Shown in pieces: positions 41,140-50,758 of a stretch of 64,000 nt of DNA. Position numbers and translations under genes: made by a program. Numbering within the stretch: position 1 is the first letter of the stretch; every line of letters starts with the position of its first letter. This DNA comes from Parcubacteria group bacterium (GTDB lineage: Bacteria > Patescibacteriota > Minisyncoccia > Moranbacterales > UBA2206): assembly GCA_041659505.1 (NCBI GenBank), contig JBAZYF010000005.1, positions 57,779-121,778 on the forward strand, read 5' to 3'. The notes below the pieces were generated by a model. It was not told the origin of the DNA, did no database searches, and saw only the letters and a list, made by a program, of their open reading frames with translations.

Positions 41140-42297
41140 ATGCAAGTATTCTTAACAGGTGCAACTGGGTTTTTGGGCGGAGAGCTTCTCGTATTACTCT
41201 CCAAGGATGAAAGGATCGATAAAATTTATTGCCTTGTAAGGGCGACCGATAGTATTGAAGCAGACAAGCGATTGGTAAGAGTTTTTGCTTTTCATGATGA
41301 TTATTTTGACCGAAAGAAAATAATTCCTATACCCGGTGATTTATCAAGGGAATTCTTGGTTGATCAGATGGAGGCAATGGAAGAATTGTGTGACGTGGAT
41401 ACGATTATCCATGCCGCCGCCGATACTTCATTTGCTCCCAGTCACAAAGACAATATTCAGCAAGTGAACATCATCGGGGCTAGTAATGTTGCCAAGTGGG
41501 CAGCCAGACTTCCTAATCTGAAAACTTTCGTGTATGTGGGAACTTCCTGGATATGCGGATGTGATAAGCCTCATCGCATTGTCCACGAAGATGAATCTCC
41601 GAACATTGAATACAGCCAGCTCGTTGAATACAGTCGCAGCAAATCGATTGGTGAAATCAATATTCGAAAAATGATTCCGGCGGATAAACTTCTAGTGGTG
41701 CGGCCATCCATTATTATGGGCGACAGCAGAGCTTGGGCGCCCAGATCGTTCGTCATCAGTTGGGCGATTGCGGCTTTCAATCTACTAAGGCTGGTTGCGA
41801 TGGATTCCGAAGCATTTTGCGACATAATTCCCATCGACTATGCCACTAAAGCGATTGCAGAGTTGCTTTTTTCTCAAAGGAGTTTCAATACCTATCACAT
41901 TTCATCCGGAGTAAATACATCCACTAATATGAATTTACTTTTGAATGCAATCGGTGCTGATGATAATCGACCAGGGTTTCATTTTGTGGATTACTCCTTA
42001 ATGAGACAGATGCAGCTTTTTTCCAAAAGGCAGTTAACGGACATGGCTGGTTTGAAAGATTGTTCCGAGTATTTGGCTTATTGGGGCAAAACATTCAATG
42101 GTGACAATGCTCTCCGCAGATTGCTCTGGGCAGTTAACTATTATTATCAGTTCGTAAACTTGAGTTTGGTTTTTGACAATACCAGACTACTCAAGGATAC
42201 AGACATCGGTTTCTCAGAGCCTGCTCATCGGTATATGGGAAGAAACAGGGAACAGCTCAGAAAGATTGACATTATTGGCGGATCGCTTGATCCATGA
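41140..42297 (+). CDS. Extended SDR oxidoreductase (male-sterility/thioester-reductase-like)
   Basis: FLTGATGFLG, CLVRA, IHAAA, YSRSK, RPSIIMGDS. Confidence 0.85.
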   Translation: MQVFLTGATGFLGGELLVLLSKDERIDKIYCLVRATDSIEADKRLVRVFAFHDDYFDRKKIIPIPGDLSREFLVDQMEAMEELCDVDTIIHAAADTSFAPSHKDNIQQVNIIGASNVAKWAARLPNLKTFVYVGTSWICGCDKPHRIVHEDESPNIEYSQLVEYSRSKSIGEINIRKMIPADKLLVVRPSIIMGDSRAWAPRSFVISWAIAAFNLLRLVAMDSEAFCDIIPIDYATKAIAELLFSQRSFNTYHISSGVNTSTNMNLLLNAIGADDNRPGFHFVDYSLMRQMQLFSKRQLTDMAGLKDCSEYLAYWGKTFNGDNALRRLLWAVNYYYQFVNLSLVFDNTRLLKDTDIGFSEPAHRYMGRNREQLRKIDIIGGSLDP

Positions 42298-42424
42298 AAA
42301 AATTGTCATAACAAAAACGAAGGGAGTGTGGATAAAAATTCACCCTCCCTTTAATATTGTATAAATTTTCAAAATGTAGTATTATTTAGGCACAAAAAAT
42401 AAACAATAAAACTATAATTGCCAC

Positions 42425-44125
42425 ATGTGCGATACAAGTGTTTTTTTGAAGTTAGGAATATATGCGAACTATATTTCTATTCCTCCGATAGTAGTTCTTT
42501 TGTTACTGGGATTATTAATTCTTTTTTCTGATTTTAAAAAGACAGCAAACAGAATTTATTTCATAATTTCCATTTTTTTGATTGTTTGGATAACTTCGGA
42601 TTTTTTGAGTTATAAACTTTCCAGCCCCGTAGGCGTTTTGTGGGCAGATAGAATATCTTCACTAGGGTTATTTGCAGGGGCATTCTTTGTCCTTTTTATT
42701 TATCTGTTTCCGGAGAAAGAAAAAATACCGAGAAAAATTTTGTATTATGTGTTTGTTCCGCTTTTACCTTTTTTCTTTTTAGTCCCAACGGATTTTTATG
42801 AAACGATTGGCCCCGCGCCTAGCTGTGATACTTTAGCTGGGCCAGCGTATATAATAATGGCAGCCATTCTTTTGTATGACATTATTTTGGGGATCTTCTT
42901 TTCTGTTAAAAAAATTAAGCTCTTGGACGAAAATCAAAAAAAGCAGTTTAAAATATTTGCCACAGGGTCTCTGCTTATGATATTTCTGGGCGGAATGATA
43001 GATGTGGTGCCGTCTATCTTTGATAATGCAACTATAGTGCTTTTCACTCCCTATTCCTCACTTGTATTTGCCTTATTTGGAGCCTATGCCATGGTTAAAT
43101 ATAAAGCGTTAAATGCAAAAGTTCTCGCTGCTCAAATGCTAGTAGTATCTTTGATAATCCTAATAGGTTCGCAATTATTTTTTATAACTAATCCGATCAA
43201 TCGCGGTATAACAATAATCACTTTATTTATTGCTACAGTTTTTGGTTGGTGGCTGGTAAATTCAGTTAAAAAAGAGGTCAAGCAAAAAGAAGCCCTGGAG
43301 TTTGCCAATGAAGAATTGAAGCGGATGGATCAAGTCAAAAACGAGTTCATCAATATCGCCTCGCATCAGTTGCGCACCCCCGTCACTGTCATTAAAGGCA
43401 CAATCGCAATGCTGATCGATGGGACGATGGATTCTTTTGATGCCGAGACCAAAAAGAAATTTTATGCTGGCGCTCAATTCAAGTGCAAGAAGCTGGAGGA
43501 TATTATAAATGACATCCTAAGTGCTACTGCGCTGACAAACAAAAAGTTCAACGCCATGGATACGGAAGTGGAAAAAATTAACCTCAGGGAATTTTTTGAC
43601 AAGATGATTGACGGCTTCAAGCCAGAAACAATGGAGCGGGAGATCGAATTGTCCCTGGGAAAGTTAGATAAATCTACACCGGATATTTTTGGACAAAAAC
43701 AATACCTGGAGGAAGTTTTTTCTAATTTAATTACCAATGCTATCAAATACACACCTTCTCCCAAAATGACTCCGGATATTCGGGATAAGAGAGCCGGGAA
43801 AGCAATTATTAAAATCAACAGTCGCAAAGAAGGGGAAAATATTATTTTTTCTGTCAAAGACAATGGTATCGGTATTCCCGTCGAAGCCATCCCGAATTTA
43901 TTTCAAAAATTCGTGCGAGCAAAAAACGCTGTGGATATGTATACTGACGGAACAGGACTCGGGCTATTTATTATCAGAGAAATTGTCGAAGGTCACGGCG
44001 GAAAAGTTTGGGTAAAATCCCAATTAGGCAAAGGCTCGGAATTTTTTGTGCAACTGCCAATCAAGCCTGTCGGCAAAGTAGATATTAAGGAATATATCAA
44101 AGAGAGAGCGGAAATTAAAATGTAA
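42425..44125 (+). CDS. Sensor histidine kinase with N-terminal 7TM domain
   Basis: Multiple TMs; ASHQLRTP; NLITNAIKYT; DNGIGI; GTGLGL. Confidence 0.95.
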   Translation: MCDTSVFLKLGIYANYISIPPIVVLLLLGLLILFSDFKKTANRIYFIISIFLIVWITSDFLSYKLSSPVGVLWADRISSLGLFAGAFFVLFIYLFPEKEKIPRKILYYVFVPLLPFFFLVPTDFYETIGPAPSCDTLAGPAYIIMAAILLYDIILGIFFSVKKIKLLDENQKKQFKIFATGSLLMIFLGGMIDVVPSIFDNATIVLFTPYSSLVFALFGAYAMVKYKALNAKVLAAQMLVVSLIILIGSQLFFITNPINRGITIITLFIATVFGWWLVNSVKKEVKQKEALEFANEELKRMDQVKNEFINIASHQLRTPVTVIKGTIAMLIDGTMDSFDAETKKKFYAGAQFKCKKLEDIINDILSATALTNKKFNAMDTEVEKINLREFFDKMIDGFKPETMEREIELSLGKLDKSTPDIFGQKQYLEEVFSNLITNAIKYTPSPKMTPDIRDKRAGKAIIKINSRKEGENIIFSVKDNGIGIPVEAIPNLFQKFVRAKNAVDMYTDGTGLGLFIIREIVEGHGGKVWVKSQLGKGSEFFVQLPIKPVGKVDIKEYIKERAEIKM

Positions 44126-44141
44126 TTTTTAGCCAAAGCGT

Positions 44142-44534
44142 ATGATTAATAATAAGATTAAAGTTCTATTTGTTGAAGATGATCCGGAACAAGTGTTTCT
44201 TTTTAGTAAAGTTTTTGACATCAAAGGTCTTCTTACTATGCCGGCCACTACGAGTGAGGAGGTTTTTAAAGTAATTTCTTGGGATAGGCCGGACATTGTG
44301 CTTTTGGATGTGATGCTCCGCAATGAAAACGGATTGGATATTATGGAAAAACTAAGGAATGATTCCCGCGTGAAAGGCGTGCCAATTTTTGTTTTTACTA
44401 ATACTGACAAAAAAGAATACAAAGATCGAGCGGAAAAACTGGGAGCGGAGGATTATATTATCAAAGCCAATACTACTCCGCAGGAAATGGTGGAGCGGAT
44501 AAAGAGGTTTGTGAAAGATGGGGGTGTTATCTGA
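44142..44534 (+). CDS. Stand-alone response regulator receiver
   Basis: LFVEDD, VLLDVML, FTN, YIIKA. Confidence 0.92.
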   Translation: MINNKIKVLFVEDDPEQVFLFSKVFDIKGLLTMPATTSEEVFKVISWDRPDIVLLDVMLRNENGLDIMEKLRNDSRVKGVPIFVFTNTDKKEYKDRAEKLGAEDYIIKANTTPQEMVERIKRFVKDGGVI

Positions 44535-44586
44535 TATATATATATATTTATTATACTAGGCTAAATTGATCAAGGACACTTCATGG

Positions 44587-44623
44587 GAGAGGCTAAGTCC
44601 CCGATTGGGGATTTAGCCTCTCT
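44587..44623. repeat. Palindromic REP-like element
   Basis: GAGAGGCTAAGTCCCC-gatt-GGGGATTTAGCCTCTC. Confidence 0.7.
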
Positions 44624-44867
44624 CAATCTCAAATATTAATTTTTATGGTGGCTGTTAATATGTGGAAAGGAATTGCACTTCAAAATGGAATTTAAGGATA
44701 CGATTAAGGATACGATTATTGACAAAAAGGAGCATTTCATGTTAGTATGATTTGATTTTGAATGTAAGCTTGCTTATTAAAAAGGGAAGGTTGATTGTGC
44801 GAAAATTATTAAGCGAGATTGGTTAATTGAATTATTTTCAATTTATTTTTCCCCAAGCTGGTATATT

Positions 44868-45845
44868 ATGAAGAGCAAAAAAAGTTTAGACTGGGAAGAG
44901 GAAGAAATAGGATCATATTTGAGCTCTACTGGCATAATAAAAGGGTGCTGTTTTGTTTTTAAAATAGACAGGGGGATTGAAAGCAAAAACTACATCATCA
45001 GTGTTGGAAACAGGAGCAATTATAAATATCTATTGAAGATTTATTCAGAAAATAGTTATGGAGAAATCTTATATGAAATAGAGATTTTAAATAAATTAAA
45101 CTCTTGTTTTGAGAAAAAATTTTTCCCGATTATTTCTAAGGAAGTATTCTTTATTGATAAAAAACCAAGTATTCTTTTGAAATATATCAAGGGTAATATT
45201 CTTTCAAAGAAAGAAATCTCTCCCAGTCTTGTTAGGAAGATAGCTAAAAAACAAGCAAGCATGCATCTTTCCCTTGCTGACTTTAGGCCTAAGCATAAGA
45301 GAACAAGACTTTCAATTTATAATTTTAGTTTTGCTGATTTTAATTTGGGCAACATCAATGACTCGCGTAAAAAAATATTGCAAAAAGAAGTTGGCGAGCT
45401 TAAGCAAGAAATTTGTCTATTTGAAAAAATAAAATTTAGAAAATCCATTATACATGAAGATTTGAGCATGGAAAATATAATTTTGACTAAAAATGACGGA
45501 GTTAGTTTTATTGATTTTGGCGAGTCTCACTATGCTGAAATGATTAGTGATGTAGCGATAGCAATAAAAGAAATAATTATAAGAAACAAGGGAGTCGATT
45601 TTGGTTTGATGAGGGATTATTTGGATTCATATCGGAAAACTATCAGTCTAGCTAAAGAAGAAGTGGGAGCTTTACTATTTTTATTAAAAAGACGGACAGC
45701 ATTTATGCTGGCTTATCTTTTGAATAAGCAAGGGCTGGATAATGAAATTGAATTTACGAAAAAGATTGATGAAGAAATTCGAATGTTGAAATTATTGCGT
45801 AAGAATAGCCAGCTTATAAAAAATTTTATCAAAAACTATGAGTAA
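44868..45845 (+). CDS. APH/choline-kinase-like phosphotransferase (homoserine kinase type II fold)
   Basis: YLLKIY, IIHEDLSMENII, FIDFGE. Confidence 0.85.
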   Translation: MKSKKSLDWEEEEIGSYLSSTGIIKGCCFVFKIDRGIESKNYIISVGNRSNYKYLLKIYSENSYGEILYEIEILNKLNSCFEKKFFPIISKEVFFIDKKPSILLKYIKGNILSKKEISPSLVRKIAKKQASMHLSLADFRPKHKRTRLSIYNFSFADFNLGNINDSRKKILQKEVGELKQEICLFEKIKFRKSIIHEDLSMENIILTKNDGVSFIDFGESHYAEMISDVAIAIKEIIIRNKGVDFGLMRDYLDSYRKTISLAKEEVGALLFLLKRRTAFMLAYLLNKQGLDNEIEFTKKIDEEIRMLKLLRKNSQLIKNFIKNYE

Positions 45846-46851
45846 AACAAGAGGTTTGATTTTAGGAAAGTTTGCGCCATTTCATGTGGGACATGAGCGC
45901 CTCATAGAGACTGCCCTAAAAGAGGTTGATGACCTTTGTGTCATTGTGTATGATTGTCCTAATTTGACTAATATACCATTAAATGTGAGAGCTAATTGGA
46001 TTCGTCAATTTTTTCCTCAAGTTTTTGTTATTGAAGGATGGGACGCTCCAAATAAACATGATGATACTGTTGAGGTAAAAAAAATGCAGGAGAATTATGT
46101 CCAAAAAGCGCTTAATGGAAAAAAAATTACCCACTTTTTTTCTTCTGAATATTACGGTGAACACATGAGTAAATTTTTGGGAGCTGTTGATAGGAGGCTT
46201 GACAGGCACGATCCTAGACAGGGCTATCTTACGACCGCTACAATGATAAGAAATGGAAATAATTTGAGTAAACATTTTTTGAGCGCGGTCGTGTATGGGG
46301 ACATGCTAATTAAGGTTGCATTCGTTGGTGTTCCATCCCAAGAGCAATCAAAATTAGTAAGTTATCTTGCTAAAAAGTTGCATACGTCATACATAGAAGA
46401 TAATATGCTAATGTCGCTTGGAGTAAAGCAAGACAAGGATAATAAACACAAAAAAATTATTCCCGATTTTTATAAAATTGCCAATAAAAAATATGAACTT
46501 GCGAATAGGGAATCTAATATATTTTCTGCAAAAGAATATCTGGTTTATAATTCAACAGGGTTTGTTGATCATTTATTGTCGGTAGCTACGCATGGCCGAT
46601 TTAACAAGAAAATGTACGATCTTTTTTCTGAGGACATGAGTAGTTATGACTTGGTTCTTGTAAATAATAACCCCAAAAAAAGTATTGGTAAATCGCTGGA
46701 TATTGATGATTCAATCTTTCTCAATCAATTGATTGCAAACCTCGATACAATAAATGTCAATTATCGATTACTGTCGGGAACATTTAGGGAAAAGTTAGCA
46801 ATTTCTGAAAAATTAATAAATGCAGTTAATAAAAAATTTAATTTAAAATAA
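45838..46851 (+). CDS. NadR-like HxGH nucleotidyltransferase with degenerate C-terminal kinase domain
   Basis: LGKFAPFHVGH, RANWI, FSSEYYG, TATMIR; P-loop decayed to GVPSQEQS. Confidence 0.8.
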   Translation: MSKTRGLILGKFAPFHVGHERLIETALKEVDDLCVIVYDCPNLTNIPLNVRANWIRQFFPQVFVIEGWDAPNKHDDTVEVKKMQENYVQKALNGKKITHFFSSEYYGEHMSKFLGAVDRRLDRHDPRQGYLTTATMIRNGNNLSKHFLSAVVYGDMLIKVAFVGVPSQEQSKLVSYLAKKLHTSYIEDNMLMSLGVKQDKDNKHKKIIPDFYKIANKKYELANRESNIFSAKEYLVYNSTGFVDHLLSVATHGRFNKKMYDLFSEDMSSYDLVLVNNNPKKSIGKSLDIDDSIFLNQLIANLDTINVNYRLLSGTFREKLAISEKLINAVNKKFNLK

Positions 46852-46852
46852 T

Positions 46853-48058
46853 ATGAATTATTTAGCCGGCAATACAAATTCACCTATTCCAATACCATCG
46901 CATTATCCGAGTGACATTGTGGGCGGAAATGGCCCATATGTTGTAAATAAGGGAGGTGATAAGTATATCGACTTGTGGATGGGTTATGGAGCGCTTCTTT
47001 TTGGACATGCAGACCAGGAGATAGTAGAAATAATCAAGAGTAATATAAGCAATGGCTGGTTTTTTTCTTACCAAACATTACTAGAGAAAGAGTTATCCGA
47101 AATTATACACAACATAATTCCAAGCGCCGAAAAGATTAGATTCGCAACGACCGGATCGGATGCGGTTGCATATGCGATAAGAGCATCAAGAGCGTATACG
47201 GGTAGAAAAAAAATCTTATCTATAGTTGGAGGCTACCATGGTGTCCACGAACAAATGATACCAAGCGATGGGACGATCGGTGAATCAGGTCTAGACCTAG
47301 TTCCATTTAACGATATTGATGCCGTTGAGGAAAAATTAAAAGATAATGAATATGCGTGTTTTTTGCTTGAGCCGATTCTGGCGAATTCTGGTTGTACACC
47401 GCCAAAAGAAGACTATCTTAATAGGGTGCGACAAGCTTGTGATAAGACTGGAACTATTTTGATTTTTGATGAGATTGTTACTGGATTTCGAATTAGTATT
47501 CATGGTGCGCAAGGATTTTTTAATGTAACTCCTGACATATCTTTATTTTCTAAGGCGATTGCTAGCGGATTTCCTCTCTCTGTTATATGTGGAAAAGAAA
47601 AGATAATGGAAACCTTTATTCCGACGGGCACTGTTTTTTTTGCTGGTACTTTCAATGGAAATCCCTTGTCGCTGATTGTTGCTAGAACGGTAATAGGAAA
47701 ATTGCAAAATGGTAATATGCATAAAAAAAGTAAAGAAATTGGTGATGATTTAAGAAAATATATAACAGAGCAAATGGATAGTTTGAATATACCTGGATGC
47801 GTTCAGGGAATATTATCCATGCTAACTGTGGCGTTTGGTTGTAGTAGTTTTAAGCAAGGCATTAAATTGGAGCGCTGTGATGTTGGAGCTTATGGCTTTT
47901 TTATTGAAGAGATGGCTAAAAGAAGAGTCTTATTGCCTCCTCTACAAACTGAAACAATTTTTTTGTCTCCAGTTCATGAGTGTGTATTGGGTGAAATAAA
48001 AATCGCTATAAAACAGTCCCTCGAAGAAATGAAAAAAATTTATTATAAGAATGCATAA
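46853..48058 (+). CDS. Class III PLP aminotransferase (GSA-aminomutase-like)
   Basis: YIDLWMGYGALLFGH, GGYHG, EPILANSG, IFDEIVTGFR, FSKAIASGFP, GTFNGNP. Confidence 0.9.
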   Translation: MNYLAGNTNSPIPIPSHYPSDIVGGNGPYVVNKGGDKYIDLWMGYGALLFGHADQEIVEIIKSNISNGWFFSYQTLLEKELSEIIHNIIPSAEKIRFATTGSDAVAYAIRASRAYTGRKKILSIVGGYHGVHEQMIPSDGTIGESGLDLVPFNDIDAVEEKLKDNEYACFLLEPILANSGCTPPKEDYLNRVRQACDKTGTILIFDEIVTGFRISIHGAQGFFNVTPDISLFSKAIASGFPLSVICGKEKIMETFIPTGTVFFAGTFNGNPLSLIVARTVIGKLQNGNMHKKSKEIGDDLRKYITEQMDSLNIPGCVQGILSMLTVAFGCSSFKQGIKLERCDVGAYGFFIEEMAKRRVLLPPLQTETIFLSPVHECVLGEIKIAIKQSLEEMKKIYYKNA

Positions 48059-48079
48059 CAATTTTTAAATATTAACATT

Positions 48080-49315
48080 ATGAAGAAAAAAGATCTGCAA
48101 TTAAAGCTTCTGAATGAGACTCTGCGGGTAGCTAGAAAATCAGCTTTTTATAAAGACAAGCTTCTTAAATATCCAAAGAAAATAAATGATGTTGCTCGGT
48201 TAGCAGAATTTCCATTCACAACAAAAAAAGAATTGAGGGAATGCTATCCCTTTGGCACGCTGGCGGTACCAGTTAGTGATGTTATTGAGCTACATACTAG
48301 TTCTGGCACGACAGGAAAAGCTACGCTGTCTTTTTATACTAAAGAGGATTTAAAAAATGGATCAAAAGCAATCGCGCAGGCCTGGAAGTGTTTTGGGGTG
48401 AATGAGAATAGCCGCGTGCAATTTATGATGAGTTATGGGCTATTTAGTGGTGCAACTCTCAATACCTATGCGATTCAAGAGCTTGGCGGGTTAGTGATAC
48501 CTGCCAGTATCCAATCAGCCGAAAAGCAAATACAAATGATGTTAGATTTTAAAACGGATACTATCGTTGGAACGGTGGGTTATTACTTTTACCTTCTGGA
48601 TTATTTGAATGAAAATAAAATTTCACTTGAACAGTTTTCTCTTAAGCGCGGTATAATGGCTGGCGAAATATATTCTGATAAAATCCGGGAGGAGATTGAG
48701 CGTAAATTTAATATAAAAATATTTGATCACTATGGATTATGTGAAGTCAATACCGGCATAGCATATGAATGTGATTTTAGGACGGGACTACATATTTTAG
48801 ATGAGTATGTTTTGCCGGAAATTATTGATCCGGAGAGTGGTGAGGTTTTGCCTATGGATAGCGAGGGCGAGCTGGTGCTCACTACATTAAAAAAGAATGC
48901 GTCGCCACTAATACGGTATCGTACCGGCGATATTACGTCGATAAAATCAGGCAAATGTCCTTGTGGTAGGAATTCTGTTCGAATAGATAGGATAAAGAGA
49001 AGGGTCGATGATCTCTTGTTTATCAAGGGAATAAAGGTTGATCCATATGAGCTAAAAGATCACATTTTTGAAATTGCGAGCGAGTATATTTATGGTGATA
49101 TAAAAATAAAAATACGGAATGATTTTAAAAATTATAGGCCAGAAATATTAGTTAGTTTAAAGGAGTTATCTAATGTAACCATTTTAAATTTTATAAAAAA
49201 ATCATTAAAGGAAAAAACATTACTGAGTTTTGATATTAAGCATGTTGACCGCGATTATTTTCAAAGGGGGTCAAATAATAAAGTTAAATTTGTCGAATAT
49301 ATTGACAAGGGGTAA
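48080..49315 (+). CDS. Phenylacetate-CoA ligase (PaaK)-like adenylate-forming enzyme
   Basis: HTSSGTTGK, DHYGLCE, GELVLTTL, YRTGD, RVDDLLFIKG. Confidence 0.88.
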   Translation: MKKKDLQLKLLNETLRVARKSAFYKDKLLKYPKKINDVARLAEFPFTTKKELRECYPFGTLAVPVSDVIELHTSSGTTGKATLSFYTKEDLKNGSKAIAQAWKCFGVNENSRVQFMMSYGLFSGATLNTYAIQELGGLVIPASIQSAEKQIQMMLDFKTDTIVGTVGYYFYLLDYLNENKISLEQFSLKRGIMAGEIYSDKIREEIERKFNIKIFDHYGLCEVNTGIAYECDFRTGLHILDEYVLPEIIDPESGEVLPMDSEGELVLTTLKKNASPLIRYRTGDITSIKSGKCPCGRNSVRIDRIKRRVDDLLFIKGIKVDPYELKDHIFEIASEYIYGDIKIKIRNDFKNYRPEILVSLKELSNVTILNFIKKSLKEKTLLSFDIKHVDRDYFQRGSNNKVKFVEYIDKG

Positions 49316-49324
49316 TTTTATACT

Positions 49325-50524
49325 ATGAGCAATTATAAAATTAAAGATAAAAAAGCCATCAGGGGAATTATACGGGAGCTGATAGGAATTCTTAAGAAAA
49401 ATAAGAAAGATCTTTTTGCTTTAAATAAGATATGCACGCAAGATGCTCTGTGTTGGATAAAAGAAGATTGGGAAAACGTTATTGATTATTTGAAAAACTA
49501 TGAAAGAAATAATGAAAAAAATTTTTCAAAAAAAATAAAACCAAAGGGATCCGTTTTGATAATTCTTTCATATAATGAACCGTTGTTATTATCAATAATA
49601 CCAATATTGAATGCTTTGATTGGTGGCAATAGCGTAAAGCTTAAACCTAGCAGGAAGGCACGAGAAATTATTAAAAAAATCTGGCTAGATTCCGGTATAA
49701 TATTGAAATATAATTTAGATTTAGTGATCTTATTCGACGTTGCTCCTCAGTTGGTTGGACAGCAAATCAAACTGGTCAATGCGGTTTATTTTTTTGGGGG
49801 ACATGATGTTGCTAGAGAGATATCGAAATTATGTGCAGATAATTTTGTTGAATTTTTTCCAGAAATTGAAACGGCTGATTGTAAGGTGTTAAATATGAAA
49901 AGCAGAAAAGACTTTAATCTGGAGCGAGATATTTCGTTAACCTTGCGTGAGTCTTTTTCTCACGCCGGACAGATCTGTCATAGGATCCAGGGGGTTGTCA
50001 TAGTGGGTAGTTTATATCATCAATATGTTGACTCATTGAAAAAGCAATTCTTAGTATTGGGCGGTAGCAACTCGCAATGTTTTACTGAAGATTATAAAAT
50101 AGATAGGGATTATTTAAAAAAGGCTATATGTGATATTGAAGATGCTCATCCGGAAGAATTGATTTGTAGCAACGAGGAGATTGGTATACCACTGTTAGTA
50201 GTTTCGCCAGAAAAAGATTGCGAATTTGTCAAAAAAGCATATTTTTTACCTATACTTTGGGTTATTGGTTTTAATTCTGAAAAAGAATTATTGACCTTTT
50301 TAAATTCTAGAAAATATTACCTAGGATTAAATATTTTTAGTGATGACAATGCGTTTGTGGAGTTTATTATTGGGAGTACAAAATTTAGCCGTTATACAAT
50401 TAATACAGCGCATACTAAAATAAGATCTTATGAGGGCTGGGGAGGTGTTTGGCCAAGTGGTTATGGCGGATATAAAAGTTGGCTTGAACATTTTACTAAT
50501 CCCTATACTATTGTGCGAAAATAA
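49325..50524 (+). CDS. Divergent aldehyde dehydrogenase family protein
   Basis: PKGSVLIILSYNEP, GNSVKLKPS, FFGG, AGQIC (catalytic Cys), WGG..SG. Confidence 0.75.
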   Translation: MSNYKIKDKKAIRGIIRELIGILKKNKKDLFALNKICTQDALCWIKEDWENVIDYLKNYERNNEKNFSKKIKPKGSVLIILSYNEPLLLSIIPILNALIGGNSVKLKPSRKAREIIKKIWLDSGIILKYNLDLVILFDVAPQLVGQQIKLVNAVYFFGGHDVAREISKLCADNFVEFFPEIETADCKVLNMKSRKDFNLERDISLTLRESFSHAGQICHRIQGVVIVGSLYHQYVDSLKKQFLVLGGSNSQCFTEDYKIDRDYLKKAICDIEDAHPEELICSNEEIGIPLLVVSPEKDCEFVKKAYFLPILWVIGFNSEKELLTFLNSRKYYLGLNIFSDDNAFVEFIIGSTKFSRYTINTAHTKIRSYEGWGGVWPSGYGGYKSWLEHFTNPYTIVRK

Positions 50525-50688
50525 TTTTTTTACTTAATATTACTCGGCTATTTATTGAAATAGATATCCGAGTTAGCCTTAAGTAGTGGTTAATTGTTTT
50601 CTTGGTTAGACGAGTTCTTTTAAAAACTATTGCAATTGATAGGTGGGCAGTGTACATTGCCTGGTCTTGTTTCTCGAAATAGCTTATT

Positions 50689-50717
50689 TTGACATCATTG
50701 TCTTTTATCGATATACT
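50689..50717 (+). promoter_or_regulatory. sigma70 promoter of tyrS
   Basis: TTGACA-17nt-TATACT. Confidence 0.75.
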
Positions 50718-50758
50718 AGCTATTGTAAACTTATTACATTAAACCTTGGAGGGAACAA

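Noticed and set aside
46853-48058. hemL / tetrapyrrole synthesis
   Set aside because: No other hem genes nearby; context points to a specialised pathway, so no gene symbol assigned.
48080-49315. paaK / phenylacetate catabolism
   Set aside because: No paaABCDE or ring-cleavage genes in the window.
50530-50758. T-box leader before tyrS
   Set aside because: No T-box consensus, and the promoter lies only about 40 nt from the start codon.
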